A DNA stretch of 63,440 nucleotides, counting the filler, from Rhabdomonas costata (lineage: Eukaryota), in NCBI GenBank assembly GCA_019059605.1. It is 45 parts of 45 records of this genome, joined end to end, with 100 filler letters (N's around TTAATTAATTAA, not from the genome) between each part and the next. Parts side by side here need not be neighbours in the genome. Positions count along the whole stretch, not along the records: positions 49,424 to 50,735 come from JAHMHO010019767.1; positions 50,836 to 52,147 come from JAHMHO010019768.1; positions 52,248 to 53,559 come from JAHMHO010019769.1; positions 53,660 to 54,970 come from JAHMHO010019770.1; positions 55,071 to 56,382 come from JAHMHO010019771.1; positions 56,483 to 57,793 come from JAHMHO010019772.1; positions 57,894 to 59,204 come from JAHMHO010019773.1; positions 59,305 to 60,616 come from JAHMHO010019774.1; 37 more parts are not named here. The stretch is one strand, 5' to 3'. Shown here piece by piece: positions 50,504-63,250 of this stretch (position 1 is the stretch's first letter; every line of letters starts with the position of its first letter). Under the pieces are notes generated by a model, which had not been told where the DNA came from, made no database searches, and saw only the letters and a program-made list of their open reading frames with translations. The translations under genes were made by a program, and so were the position numbers.

Positions 50504-51700
50504 GTCGCCTCCTGTTTTGGTTGGCCTCATCGGGGCAGTCGCTCCTGCTGCGCTGTGCCAGAAGTCCATGTGGTGAGGGGTAATCTGCAGACGAAATTAC
50601 CCATGTGCGCTTTTTCTGGATTCTCGATATACTCATTTGTTCAGTCCAACCCAGTTCAACACAAGAAAGTATCATCTGCAGGGAATATAGTTAAAGCGCA
50701 CATGGGTAATTTCGTCTGCAGATTACCCCCCACACNNNNNNNNNNNNNNNNNNNNNNNNNNNNNNNNNNNNNNNNNNNNTTAATTAATTAANNNNNNNNN
50801 NNNNNNNNNNNNNNNNNNNNNNNNNNNNNNNNNNNGGGTGGGGGGTGGCGGAGGGGTAATGTTGCGCGGCGCAGTGGCTTCCACCGAGTGATTGTGTGGC
50901 GGCGTCGAGCCACCATCTGTTCCAAAAAGAGAGAGATTGACCGTTACACGGCCCCATCGGTTTTTTTCCGTAAGAGTTGCGCAAGAGTTGTCTCATAAGC
51001 TGTTTTCTTGTGGGCAAATGGAACACATACAGCTGAGTTTGTCAACGTGCCTACAAAAGTCACGGTTTGGTTTAGAAACGTTTCCAAGGGGCAGGCAACC
51101 AAACTTGCCCCTCCCCCCAGTTTTCGAACTGCTTGCGCCCTGTGCAAGGCATAGAAAGGTTCGAAGCCATCCTTTAAGAACAGGTCTTGTCAATTTGCAC
51201 TTCATTTTGTCATTATTTTACCGGAAACGTTCGAGGGATGATACCCTTTTGAGAGAGGACCAATTCCTGTCACCTCACCGTCTCCAGTTTCCATCGGCTG
51301 CTTCAGGCGATACTGGTGTCACCTTCCCACGGCATGAAATCCAGCTTCAGGTCGAGCTCAAGCCCAACTTGTAACCCTTCGAGATTGCAGCAAGCAATAG
51401 TTTTGAGCGATGCAAGCCATAACCGCATGCCATGGAGTGTGTGGTGAATGGGGCACGGTAATACTTGGGGCGCTCTTAAGTAACGGCTTTCTTTACGCCG
51501 GGGGCATCACTCAGGGTATGGAATGTGGGGAGGGCTCAGCTAAACCCGTAGTGGCGTAAAATACAATACATGCAGTCATCATATATGCATTCAACAAATG
51601 TGCAGCACAACGCACTGCAACCAGTGTTACAGCGTTGCACTGAGGGGTTGGGGTTAGGGTTAGGGTCCACATGTCCACATGAAAAGGGTGTGAGGAAGAC

Positions 51701-52147
51701 CCGAGTCAGAGACGCCCGGTGGTGGGGTGACCACATCTCGAGCGCTGCCCGGAGGAGCCTCAGCCGCCCCCGGCCCGTCCATCCCCCGCCACGCCATGCT
51801 GGAGCCCTTCAGCAGAATCTGCACCACTCCTGTTGATCGATTTTTGGGCGTTTGGGGAGAGTTGGAAGAAACCTGAAAGATTACACAGGGATTCGCAATC
51901 GGCCCCAACAAAACTTTGTCCCACATTAGCATGGAATGGATTTGTTAGGGTCCAAACAACCCACCAACAGGATCGGACAAGCAGAAAGGGACGTGGGCGC
52001 AGAAGAAGGCGGGGGTCATTGGAAAAAAGACCCACCTGCTTTCTCCAGAAGAAAGGCCATCCGGCATGGCAGCTGAAGCCTTTGCCCGCATTTCATCGGA
52101 AGCCCCTGCAGCTCATCGTAATCCCGCGTAAACTGCACCTCCACCTG
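51701..52147 (-). CDS. Hypothetical protein, two exons (edge-52036, 51829-~51701); weak resemblance to a GINS B-domain
   Basis: A phase-1 GT-AG join gives VEVQFTRDYDELQGLPMKCGQRLQLPCRMAFLLEKAG|VVQILLKG. Confidence 0.4.
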
Positions 52148-52886
52148 NNNNNNNNNNNNNNNNNNNNNNNNNNNNNNNNNNNNNNNNNNNNTTAATTAAT
52201 TAANNNNNNNNNNNNNNNNNNNNNNNNNNNNNNNNNNNNNNNNNNNNTTGTGTGGTGAACGAGTGGGCTGGACGAGCAGATGCGCCCTTACCCCTCACCC
52301 AGCCCACTCGTTCACATGCACACAATCAAAAGACTCTCTCTTTTCCACGCGCAGCAGCTTCCCCAGTTGATCAACGACCGCAACTTCCAAAACGAATCTC
52401 TGGCCTGGATTGCTGGCTTTCAGGCGGCGGCGTCCCCGCCCTTTTCAGTTTTTCCCCAACTCGGTCCGTTTTACCCACTATTCTGGTTGGCTTTATGGAA
52501 ACGTTTGAAAAGAATGGCACTGACCACGGGGTATTCTCGTTTTTGCCCATTTTTTCCCTTCGCAGATTTCAGGGTGTTCTCACTTCGGCACCCATGTAAT
52601 ATTTCTTTTTTGGATCGGAAACCTTTCTTTTTCTTGGAACCAAAGCTTACTTGTGGGTAAAGGAGGCAGTGAGATTCAGACTATTTTGAGCCTCTTTCAA
52701 TGCCTTAATAAGTTCTAGACAAACGACGAGGATCTTCTTCTGAACAGCCCCACTAAGCACACTCTCCTCAGCAGTAAGATGGACGGGCACCGTGTGGATG
52801 CACTGCGTCGGCAAGAAATTACACCGATGAACGAGGGACAAACCACTGGGAGAGAGAATGAGGCAGAGAGGTGCCGCAGCCGGCAC

Positions 52887-53120
52887 CTTCTCACAGCTCA
52901 GCCGAGAGCCCAGCTCACAAAACGAGGGCTTCGTGGAGTAGTGCAGCACCACCAAGTACACTGCGCAGGCCATTCCCACCGCACCCATCGCCAGCATGCC
53001 CAAGGCAAGCCTCTGCAAAGCGGTGCGGGTGGCAGAAGAGGGCGGGGGGGCCCCACCCTCCTCCTCAGCAGAATGGAGGTCCACTACCATGGGGGACTCG
53101 CTATCTGCCGGGGTGTGCAT
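52887..53120 (-). CDS. Vitamin K epoxide reductase (VKOR) family protein, first or near-first exon
   Basis: A TM helix GAVGMACAVYLVVLHY is followed by SFCELGSRLSCEK|V, the VKOR loop cysteine pair CxxxxxxSCxxV. Confidence 0.8.
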
Positions 53121-55102
53121 CCTTCGTGGGGTGGGTCGAGGGTAATCCAGCGAGAGGGTGCAAGTGGGGTTCTGTGCGTAACCTCTACTTCAGGGAATAA
53201 ACTGCAAACGGTCTGTGACGAGAAATACTCCAAGCTCTCAAAAACAGCTGCCCCCAAAGTAAGAGAAGGAAGAGGTAAGCCCCAGGATATCAAAACGTTC
53301 CGATACCCATATAATTCTGGATCAGACATCTGAACTGGAGATGGAATCGAGTAAGGCGCGTGGGAAGCTTTGGAAATTTGTGTGGCTATAAGGAGCCAGT
53401 TTCCCGACCCAGGGAGGTTATTCAAATCAAACAATAGTGCTTGAATAGAAGGAAAGTGCTGCCTTTCTTCCGGTCCTTCTGCATTGCTCTGACCAAAGCA
53501 GTTCAATGAAAATAGGGCGGCGGCGCTGGTGAAATATACGCCCCCCCACCATCGGATCANNNNNNNNNNNNNNNNNNNNNNNNNNNNNNNNNNNNNNNNN
53601 NNNTTAATTAATTAANNNNNNNNNNNNNNNNNNNNNNNNNNNNNNNNNNNNNNNNNNNNAACTCCACTGCCCTGCCATGCGCACATCAGGTTGGACGAAA
53701 TAAATCACCCAGATGCTATCGCGGTGGACACTTTTATTTGGCGAACTCAAAAGTCGTTTTGTGAGCAATCTAGTGCACACCAAACACCAGTTTCTCCCCT
53801 GTAAAACTCCTGAAAACCCAAAGTCAGACCGAAAATGTTAATACGGTTGAAAAGAGACTCAAATCAAGATAAGGGCGAAGTTCAGGTGCTTTGGGATGCC
53901 AACGAGCTCGGTTGACAATGTTTTTGGTTTTTTTGCTTTTCAGAACAAAGAGAGGTCACCGCCTTTTTGTAGGTCAGTGTAGATATTTCTCCCCCGAAAA
54001 ACCTCTAGTAAGTCCGAAAGTGTCTCTTTTTGGACAAAAAGGCACACCAAACGAGAGCCTCATAAGTTCGCCAAATAAAAGTGTCCACCGTGACATAAAA
54101 ATGGCAAATAATTCCGAAACTTTCTGGCACTCCTGGCCGAGGGCTCTTTTTGATCCTGAGACACGTGAAATTCCTTCCTGCACAACGACCTTGCCTTTCT
54201 TTGTGCGGCTGTGAAGTCTCCAGGAGGCTTCCCCCCCCCCAAAGTCAAATTTAACCTAAAACGACCATGAAAAACACAAAAATAACCAAAATCTTTGTCC
54301 CAACACTGACCCACGAGGGCAAGATGGGACAAAGATGCAGTTGCCTTTTTGGGGTCCTTCTATTTTGAGTTTGTCAGAGGTTGTAAATACCGGGCGCAGG
54401 GTGCTCTACAAGGGCACAGAAGCCCCATTCCTGGATTGCGGTTCTGTGGCTCAATTCTTCTCTGCACACCTGTCTCGTGTTCCTTATCCCAAATCCACCA
54501 GGACTCTTGCGTCCGATAATAAAACCTGCACTTCACAAGGCAACTTCTTAACAGACGAAATGTTTGAATTGCTAATTGTGTGTGGGTAAAGTGAACCTTG
54601 CACCCCGTTACGACTTCGGACTTGCTGAGAAAAAACTGGCAAAATGAGATTTCGTTTCACCACACAAGGGTCAAAAAAGACCGGTCATTCCCCTCGCAGT
54701 CTTTGTGGTTTAAGTTCTCACTCAGAACTTTTGAAATTGGCACTGAACATAACCATGACAGGACCAAGGACCAGCCACGCAGCGTTTCGGGAGGCCTGGT
54801 GTACATACAAAAGACCCAAGGCAAGCTTCGGCTTAGCCCTCTCAGGAAGTTTACCATGACTTCACCATTATCGGGGGGGGGGGACCAAAAGAGCAAAACG
54901 CACAGCATGTGGCCACACGAAATTTTCACGATGTCAGCGCCGCCATGGCAATGACACACAACACACACCANNNNNNNNNNNNNNNNNNNNNNNNNNNNNN
55001 NNNNNNNNNNNNNNTTAATTAATTAANNNNNNNNNNNNNNNNNNNNNNNNNNNNNNNNNNNNNNNNNNNNTGTGTCTGGTTATGGTTCGAGCCGAGAGCC
55101 CC

Positions 55103-56382
55103 ATTTGCCCGCCTCGGTTCAGCTCTGGCTGTACGGGCTGCGGCCCCTGCAGGACACAGTGTGGGACCTGGCGAAGCTGCCTCACCACCGCAGCTGGGAG
55201 TCCTGGTTCCACCGCTCTGGGAAGCTCCCCAGGCTGCCCCGCGAGAAGCGCGGGATGCTCCCGGCCTTCAGCGACTTAATTGTGTTTGACTACATCCTGG
55301 GTGTGCACCACACGTCAGCTCTCTGCTGCCCGTGTCCTGATGCCACCCTGATGCTGCTTGGCCGTGTGCGCATTGGGCTTCTTGACTTCTCTCAAATGAG
55401 GCTCTCGGCTCGAACCATAACCAGCTTTCTGTTTCTTTTTGTTATATGAAAAAGGTAAAGGAACCAAACACCGGAGTCTGCTGTGGTGTGCGTGCGATAG
55501 GAATTAGAGAAAAAGAGATAACATTTGGTGTGAGTCTACTAACGTACCTTCCAGTGTCCCGAACCCAACAAAGCCCTGCCTAAAGCCAGAAATTTAGCGA
55601 CAGCGTCCATTGTCTGTAAAGAACGTATAGAAAACGGGCCGGGATGTAGAAATCACTGCTGATCGGTTCGCGTCCATTTGTGGCGTATTTTTCGTTTTGG
55701 AAAGTTTTGAGCGGCTGCACACACACAGGCAACCCCAACCCCAAGGTCACGAAGAACACGTACGTCTTTGGGGGGTGCGCGGTGGACTGTGAGGGCGACG
55801 ACCCCCACCACGCCGAGCCCGCGGCGATGATTCACTTGGACCAGGGCAGCAGTTTCTACACCCGCCGCGGGCCCGAAGGGAACCCGCTCAGCGAGTCGCC
55901 CTCCCGCTTCTGCCGCTTCCGCCGCTCCACTGTGGTCTCTGCTTAGCCTTCCAGAGGGAAGTGAGGAGAATGGCTGGTTGGCAGTGTACCTTCCCCTGCC
56001 TAAGATTTACGGTCTCAGCTCCCGCACACGGCGATTACGGCATTTTCGAGGGCTATTTTTTTTTAGATGTGGCTTTTTTCAAGTTGATTCTTAGCTTAGG
56101 CAGAGCTAGGCATGAATGCGATTCCTTTTTTTTTGCTGATCTTCCCATCCCCCAACTGAAAAAATTGTTAAGGCCTTTTCATCATCAAATGGGCTGACAG
56201 GAGCAACAAGGAACGGCGCTGTGGTAGGCTCACTTTTGTGCTGCATTGCTAAGGAGGCTGGTAACCATAATCCCTCTTCCCATCCCGTCCTCCAGGAAGC
56301 CCTTCGCAGGTTGGCGGGTGGCAGTGGCAGCGCGGCCCTGGCGGGGATGAGTGCCGGCCTGATTGGTGCACACCCAACCACC
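55103..56382 (+). CDS. Fam20/four-jointed-like atypical kinase, fragment (exons ~55103-55300, 55729-55934, 56296-edge)
   Basis: Reads ASVQLW...SDLIVFDYILG|NPNPKVTKNTYVFGGC...MIHLDQGSSFY...FCRFRRSTV|EALRRL. This follows the SDxxxFDFLxGNxDR...LxLDxG...CxFRxxT layout. Confidence 0.7.
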
Positions 56383-56834
56383 NNNNNNNNNNNNNNNNNN
56401 NNNNNNNNNNNNNNNNNNNNNNNNNNTTAATTAATTAANNNNNNNNNNNNNNNNNNNNNNNNNNNNNNNNNNNNNNNNNNNNGGTTGTTGGGGTGGGCAC
56501 GTAGGCTGGCCCCCCGGTCTGCACAACAAAGGGGTGACCAAAATAGCCGGTAGGGGCGTTCTCCCACGCCAAACCCACAAACCCACCCAAAGTCAGTGGG
56601 TTTGTTATACCATTCTCTATTTTTTTTACAAGGCTTCTTCCCGGTTGCAAGCAGCCCACCAGTGTTCAATGAACACAGGCAGGACAGAAGAGAGAATAGG
56701 GAAGAGAAGGACCAAGCATGAAGCAGGAGAGAGGTTTCTCCGAGCATTCAGACAGGACAGCACTTCAGCACTTGGTATTTGCCTGTGCCTGTGTCTTTTG
56801 TGCATTCCCTGAAATGTGCGCGTGTGTGTTCTGC

Positions 56835-56995
56835 CTGCACGGCGGAGATGGCGCCGACCCAGTCCAGAGCCTGGGCGGCCGTCTCGGCGCGGAGGTGCAG
56901 GCACTTGCCCTGGACGGAGGTCAGAGTGAACCGCGTGCCCTTCCCGTCGATTTCCACCAGCGCCACGCTGCCACCCATCACGCTGAAGGCACCCA
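56835..56995 (-). CDS. PH-domain protein exon
   Basis: RFTLTSVQGKCLHLRAETAAQALDWVGAISAV shows the C-terminal PH strands and the helix with its invariant Trp. Confidence 0.8.
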
Positions 56996-59900
56996 CTGCG
57001 GAAACGTTTGTGTGTGCGTGTGCGTGTGCGTGTGCGATGTGTTGAAGACTAAGCGCACTCGCTGAAGGTGATGCCTATGTACCGTGATATCAGCTTTCTG
57101 AACTTTTGAGCTGCGTATAAGCCCCGCCTTTTGGTGCTCACCGCCAAACCCCACTGTCAAGCGGAGTGCCCTCCCCCGGAAACGGGAGTGCAAGCACTCC
57201 CCAACTCCCTAAGTTCATCGGGTTCTCTGATGCTGCAGCGCGATTGCCCCGGTGCGACCCATTGTCATACAATGCCTCTAACGCTACGAGGATAACAACT
57301 CGCCATCCAGTGATAGAAAAGCAATCGTACGGCTCAGCAATGTCCTCTCCAACCACCTCAAGCAAATGGCATTCCCTCCAAACGTCCCTGAGCGAGCGTG
57401 GAAGCTCGAAAGCAATCACATACTTGAGATAAACGAAATAGATGAAGGCAAGTGGAATAGACTAGAGGGTACCACTAAAGCTTCTCAACTAAAGCTTCTC
57501 AAAGCTGGTCAAACAAAAGGGGACAACCACGGTGGCATCTCTCACGTTCACTGTGTCTGCTTGACAGATAGCAACACAGTAACACAATAACCGCTTGCCC
57601 GAGACGCAATGGTCTGGGTTTAGTGATTAATTCCCAGGGAAAGCGGCGGCCACCGGATCAATTCCTGATCAGTGAAAAGCAGGAGAACAACACCAGTGAA
57701 AATGAGATGCATTGCTTGATGCACCGTGAGAGAGGTCGCCGAAACTAAAGCTCAATGGGGCCCTGAACTTCAGAAAAAACCACCCCACACCCCNNNNNNN
57801 NNNNNNNNNNNNNNNNNNNNNNNNNNNNNNNNNNNNNTTAATTAATTAANNNNNNNNNNNNNNNNNNNNNNNNNNNNNNNNNNNNNNNNNNNNGTGGGGG
57901 TGAAAAGCGGCAACTATCCGGTCCTAGAAGGTGGTTTCCGAAAAGGTGATAGATGACGTTAGGTGGTCAAGGCCCTCCTAGAGGAGGTGTACACCGAAGC
58001 GAAGAAAAAGCATCCTGAGAATGCAGAAATCACACATAAGTGAAGTAATCAATAAAAAATGCCTGGGAACTTACACCAGATCGGCTAGCCGTGATCGGCT
58101 TTCAGGTAAAATTTGGTGAAAAAACATATAGGTGTTGACAGCAGCATGCATTCTGCATAGAACCCCAGGATCATCCTCGCACATGGTTGGCAAGAAAGCC
58201 TCACCAGTGACGTCAACTTCATTGCTCAAAAAGTCGCCCACACAATTCCACGGTATTTCGCCGGAGAAAACCTTAGTCCTTAAACATGCAAGCTTGTTTG
58301 GCACTTGGGGTGCTTCTCATATCATTGCCCACCAGGTCATGAAAAAACGACACATCAATGAGTAAGTACGCGAATGTTTAACATTTTTGGCCGCTCGGGA
58401 GGAGAGGTATCACAAAGTGAGCTAAAGGGACAACGCAGCGCTCTCCCAGATACCCACGAAGTGGCGTGGGCAGGAGGTAAACGAGGGGTTCCGGAGGGAC
58501 CAACCATCCCCAGAGCTGATGCGAGAGTGGATTCCGAACAGACACAGCTTGGCATGGTTACCAAGCAAACACACAAATCCGGCACGTCCCACACCCAATG
58601 CAACACAAGCACAAAAAAAACCACCCCAAAACACGAAAAATGACAAAAATAACCCGTTGCTAAAGCATTACACACGCATCAGCGCGTACAAAGCCTACGG
58701 GTATTAGGACCATGGGTGCTAAATGCGTGTGTTTTATTACCGGATTGTTGGTGTAAAGTACTCCGCTGTTTTTAAAAAAATCACCAAAAATAACCGGTTT
58801 TTTTGCCTTTTTTTTTTTGGAGCTTTTGAAAAAAGGCCTGCTCTGGCTGATGTGGATACGATTTCGTAGGGTGTTGGAATCCGAGCCTAGTGGGGGTCAA
58901 AAAACCCAAACCCGCGGCGAAAAACCCAACTTTGTGAAAAATGCCGATTTGATACCCCCACAAGAGCTCTGAGCACTGCGGTGCCGGGGCCGGGGCCCGA
59001 ATCGGAGATAGGGCCGCTCCTAATACTCTCAAAATGCAAATGCCCTTTCGCACAATTGAAACCCCAAAATCACAACGGCCTGAAAAAGCACCCATACTGG
59101 ATCAAATAAAACTTTGTTTAAACCCATGGCAAATCAAATTTTCTATTGCTGCTCTTCTGGATCAATTCCGCCCTGCAACGGCATTTTTTTGTAATGCAAC
59201 AAACNNNNNNNNNNNNNNNNNNNNNNNNNNNNNNNNNNNNNNNNNNNNTTAATTAATTAANNNNNNNNNNNNNNNNNNNNNNNNNNNNNNNNNNNNNNNN
59301 NNNNTGTGTTGGGGGGGGGGTTTCAGGGAGGCTTGGTGATGGTATTGTTAACAGGAAAAGGAGGGACGGATTTATCCTCCCGGATCGGTGGGTAGAATAC
59401 TGATCGCAATGACGCCCGCAAATTGTGTCTTGGCACAAGGCATGAAGGCGCAGGTCCCATGTCCAGAGAGTTTTCTGAACGGAGGCGGGCGCACACGCCA
59501 AGGCGCGGTCACAAGACAACACGACAAGGAAGGACAGGGAAGGCTTCCAAACAGAATGCAAGCACAAAAGATCTAGACACCAAGGATCTACACACCAAGG
59601 GGTACATTGCAGAGGCCCCCTTCCCCCGGTTTCCCCCATTTCTCTCCGGCTTTTTCTTTCGCGCACAAACGTATACAAACTTATACAAACTTATGCACTG
59701 TCCGAGTCAAACCAAAAGCATAAAGCTGTGGTAACACAACGGACACTCTGCTCCCAAAGCGCCGAATGCACTGAAGAGTGTCTTCCAAGTGGGCGGGATC
59801 TGTGGGCGCGAGAGAGCCGGCGGGACCCCAACCGCCCGAGGCGGCCACCCCCGCCGTAGCGGTAGCCGCCATTTTGCTGCAGGGGTTGCACCACAGTGGC

Positions 59901-61269
59901 GAGAATGACCCCGGTCAAAGCCAGTAGACCAGCAATGAGGGGGTTTGCGCAGGGCAAGGGGGGACTTTCTACCGCTTCGCCAAAACCCATTCTCACCAAA
60001 ACTCCACGAATCTGAAGAAATACCGACTGCTTTAGAAATTTTGGAGAAATGTGGAATATTTTCGATTTAAAAAAAGGTAGATTTTTCCCTTGCTCCAAGA
60101 GTTGGAGCCTAACTTGGATCCGCAGGGATCTCACCACATCCCTCTGACCCTCCCTCCCCACTCCTTTCCCTCATGTTTCATGCAGGGGTAGTAGTGTAGC
60201 GTATCGTTTATTTTTAATAAAGCAGGCCACCACGGCAAAGAAAAAAGACCACCCGCCATCCCGCACGATTTATTGTCTTCGGTTCACCATTGGCATCGGA
60301 TCACCATACATGACAAACAGCAGTAACCCGCATGTCCCCCAGACGGCTTAGAGAGCAGGGTTGGACCGCCACATCCACATACGGATGGGTACCCTGTGAT
60401 CACGGCAATGATTTGCAGGGCGTGCTTAGAGCGTCGTACCGTCCCTGCCGTGCTGAGTGCAGCAGAGCATGGGGTCCCCCAGGATGTCCGCCTTAGCACC
60501 GCAAGACTGGCGCTGAGCAGGAGAGAAACCATACCTCTTTTTGAGCGGAAACCAAGGGGCGTGCCTTGAAATAACGAGGGAAAGACTGGACTCACACACA
60601 CGCACACACACAAAACNNNNNNNNNNNNNNNNNNNNNNNNNNNNNNNNNNNNNNNNNNNNTTAATTAATTAANNNNNNNNNNNNNNNNNNNNNNNNNNNN
60701 NNNNNNNNNNNNNNNNTTGTGGTTTTTAATGCTTATGTAGAGTGTGCGCATAAGCAAAGAAAGAAAAGTCCAATAACATGGAAAAGACTTCCGACCGACG
60801 AGTGATTCGGCTATCAAAGAGCCAGTTTCATATTTTTTTTGGCGTATAAGTTTCTTTTCGGGACCTCTGCATTTTCGCTTCTCTTCAACTCTATTATGTT
60901 TAATTTTGGCGTTTGACTTTTACTTTCACTTATCAATTTTTCACGAACAACTTAAGTTTCTGTACCTGGGGCGGCTTTCCAGAGCAGGCTGTTGGTCAGT
61001 ATTGTCCTAGCCAGGTTCATCACACATCACTGGAATCAAGTACCCATTTGGAAAACGAAAACGGTCCCCTCATTTCTTCTCAGGTCCATGTATTCATCAG
61101 ATGCAATTCAATAATGCTGTTTGTCAAAACACAAACAGCTTCACACAAACAACTTTGTTTGACGCCAAGCTAATGTGGAAGTTGGGTCTTTTCAAGAGAC
61201 ATGAATCCTCAGTGCCGCGGTTCCAGCTTTTCCAACAGGGGTCATGAGAAGAAAGGCAGAGAGGAAGGT

Positions 61270-61385
61270 GTGCCAGGCTGCCTGGTCCTCGTTATCCTCG
61301 GGCATCTCAGGGATCTTGGGCTCACCGTACTTCACCACGTACGCCGCCCAGTTCCCCCCGGCCTTCAGCCACCGGACGAGGTTGC
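61270..61385 (-). CDS. Hypothetical protein exon
   Basis: A GC3-rich segment after a pyrimidine tract and CAG reads NLVRWLKAGGNWAAYVVKYGEPKIPEMPEDNEDQ. Donor unclear. Confidence 0.45.
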
Positions 61386-62166
61386 TGAGAGGGGAAGAGA
61401 AATAATGGGAGGGATGAAGTCAGGCGTTGACTGTGTGAATGCAGCTGCCTCGCCTTGCGTGTTTTACGCCAGATGTCACAGGAAGTTCCCTTTATGTTAC
61501 GCAAGTTCCATGGAAAACGAAGGAGGTCTGAATCATTTCATGATCATGATCATGGAGGAAGAAAGGCAGACCGCTGTTCACCCGAGAAATTGAGGAAAAT
61601 AAAACATGTCACAAGAGAAGGAAAGCTCTTGCACCAGCTGTTCTCGGTGGTCAAAACGTCTTGAACTCTTGAACTCGTTTCTAGTCCACAGAGTACGTGC
61701 ATGCCCCGTACCCCATGTGCAGAGGCGCTTTGACACACCCAGCAGTGCTGCGGCATGCAGTCCCAGAAAGAGTCTAACCACTGTACTACGAATAACGGTG
61801 GGCATCGCTCGTTGCGCCCTACCTGCTGAAAGGTTCGTTAGGGTCGCCTTCCCTCTTCTGAAAGGGAAAGGAAAGCTTTGGAGCAGTGGAAGTGTGAGTT
61901 GTTCCCCTTTACCTTTTTTCTTGTCTGCAATTTTGCCACCCCTCTCTGCATTCTCCTCAGGTCAGTGCAAAGATCAAGGAGGAATATGACCCCGCCCGCT
62001 ACATTCAGAACTTGAAGGACCCACACACNNNNNNNNNNNNNNNNNNNNNNNNNNNNNNNNNNNNNNNNNNNNTTAATTAATTAANNNNNNNNNNNNNNNN
62101 NNNNNNNNNNNNNNNNNNNNNNNNNNNNGGGTTGGGGGGTCGTTCCCACCCGCGCCCGCGATGTAG

Positions 62167-62363
62167 GCCGCGCCTACGCCTCGGGCGACGGGGTGGAGCA
62201 GAACCCGGAGCTGGCCATGGAGTGGTACCGCAAGGCCGCCTCCCAGGGCTTCATTGCAGCGCAGCACAAGTTGGCCCAGATTTGTCCCTCGGACAAGGTG
62301 GAGGCCGCCGGAGGGACCTGCGTGAGCCCCGTGGAGGCGCTCCCTATGGACGGCGGCCTGTAA
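62167..62363 (+). CDS. SEL1-like repeat protein, last exon
   Basis: Reads GRAYASGDGVEQNPELAMEWYRKAASQGFIAAQHKLA, ending at TAA. Confidence 0.85.
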
Positions 62364-63047
62364 GAGAAAGCGAGGCCGAGGACGCCGTTTCGCTTTTTGG
62401 GGGATGAGCAGGCTATCATGACCCAGACTCCGGCGCAGGGTCCATGAGCTCGCGCGCCACGAAAGCGATGGGCTAGGTCTGCCAGTCTGACACCTGGGCT
62501 GTTTGGGCTATGTGGGCTTCAACAGTTGTGACGCTGGTGGTGCGAGATACTTGGGTTGGCCTGACTGCGGTGTTCTGGGGCCTCCATCACGCATGTCATG
62601 ATGCTCAGGAAGAGTGCCAGCGGGGGGTCGAAGTGGCCCCAGAACACCGCAGTCAGGCCAATCCACAGCCCTGCACCCCACCGCACAGTATGGTCAAAGG
62701 GCATTACGTCCCACCCAAAAGCACTGGAAGCCTAACCTCAAGAAAGCCAATGAAAGGTGAATGCGTGGGACCAACGGACTGGGGCTGAAGCTTTTACTGC
62801 CTTCCAAGGCTTCTGAAACCCTATTTCCCGTGAAGCGCTCGTTCAGAGGTTCTCTGCGTGACTTCCGGTGACATAAAGGCCATTCTTGCATGGCAAACGG
62901 ACAAGAGGAGTACCGTGGATCTGAGAGCAGACGCCAGAGCAGACGCAAGCATAGCCTGACAAGCAAATCTACACAGGAAACCCCATTGAGAAGGGACCAG
63001 CGCACAGGGAAGGGAGGGTGCGCAAGATGCAGTGGTGGCCCCCACAC

Positions 63048-63161
63048 CAGCCCACAGCAGAAGGAACAGGATCACCACCTTCAGCTGCTCGTCGAACTTG
63101 AACACCATCTGGGTGGGCCACAGAATCCCTCGAACCAACTCGCCCTTCGTGGTGGCCATCC
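63048..63161 (-). CDS. P5-type (ATP13-like) cation-transporting ATPase exon, end of A domain and TM3
   Basis: GMATTKGELVRGILWPTQMVFKFDEQLKVVILFLLLWA matches TGFxTxKGxLVRSILYPxPxxFKF. Confidence 0.8.
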
Positions 63162-63195
63162 CTGAGCGACAGCAGAGGACATTTACAGAAAGAGA

Positions 63196-63250
63196 AGAAT
63201 AGAATAGAATAGAATAGTATAGTATAGCATAGTACAGTATAGCATAGAAT
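63196..63250. repeat. Degenerate (AGAAT/AGTAT/AGCAT)n microsatellite, intronic
   Basis: Directly visible. Confidence 0.85.

Noticed and set aside
50577-50730. ~37-bp perfect inverted repeat (MITE-like)
   Set aside because: It ends at the contig edge in a primer-like tail and cannot be distinguished from a fold-back artefact.
51645-51666. GGGTTAGGGTTAGGG telomere-like repeat
   Set aside because: Only 2-3 units and internal; not a telomere.
55077-55423. ~30-bp inverted repeat flanking an exon (possible non-conventional intron stem)
   Set aside because: The left arm is the contig start and replaces coding sequence: fold-back chimera. The neighbouring introns are normal GT-AG.
1314-62128. Regularly spaced TTAATTAATTAA palindrome about every 1.41 kb (could look like a repeat array or nanochromosome ends)
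   Set aside because: Always embedded in exactly 44+44 N, so it is an artificial six-frame-stop linker. Neighbouring contigs are unrelated, so no operon or gene-cluster inference is valid.
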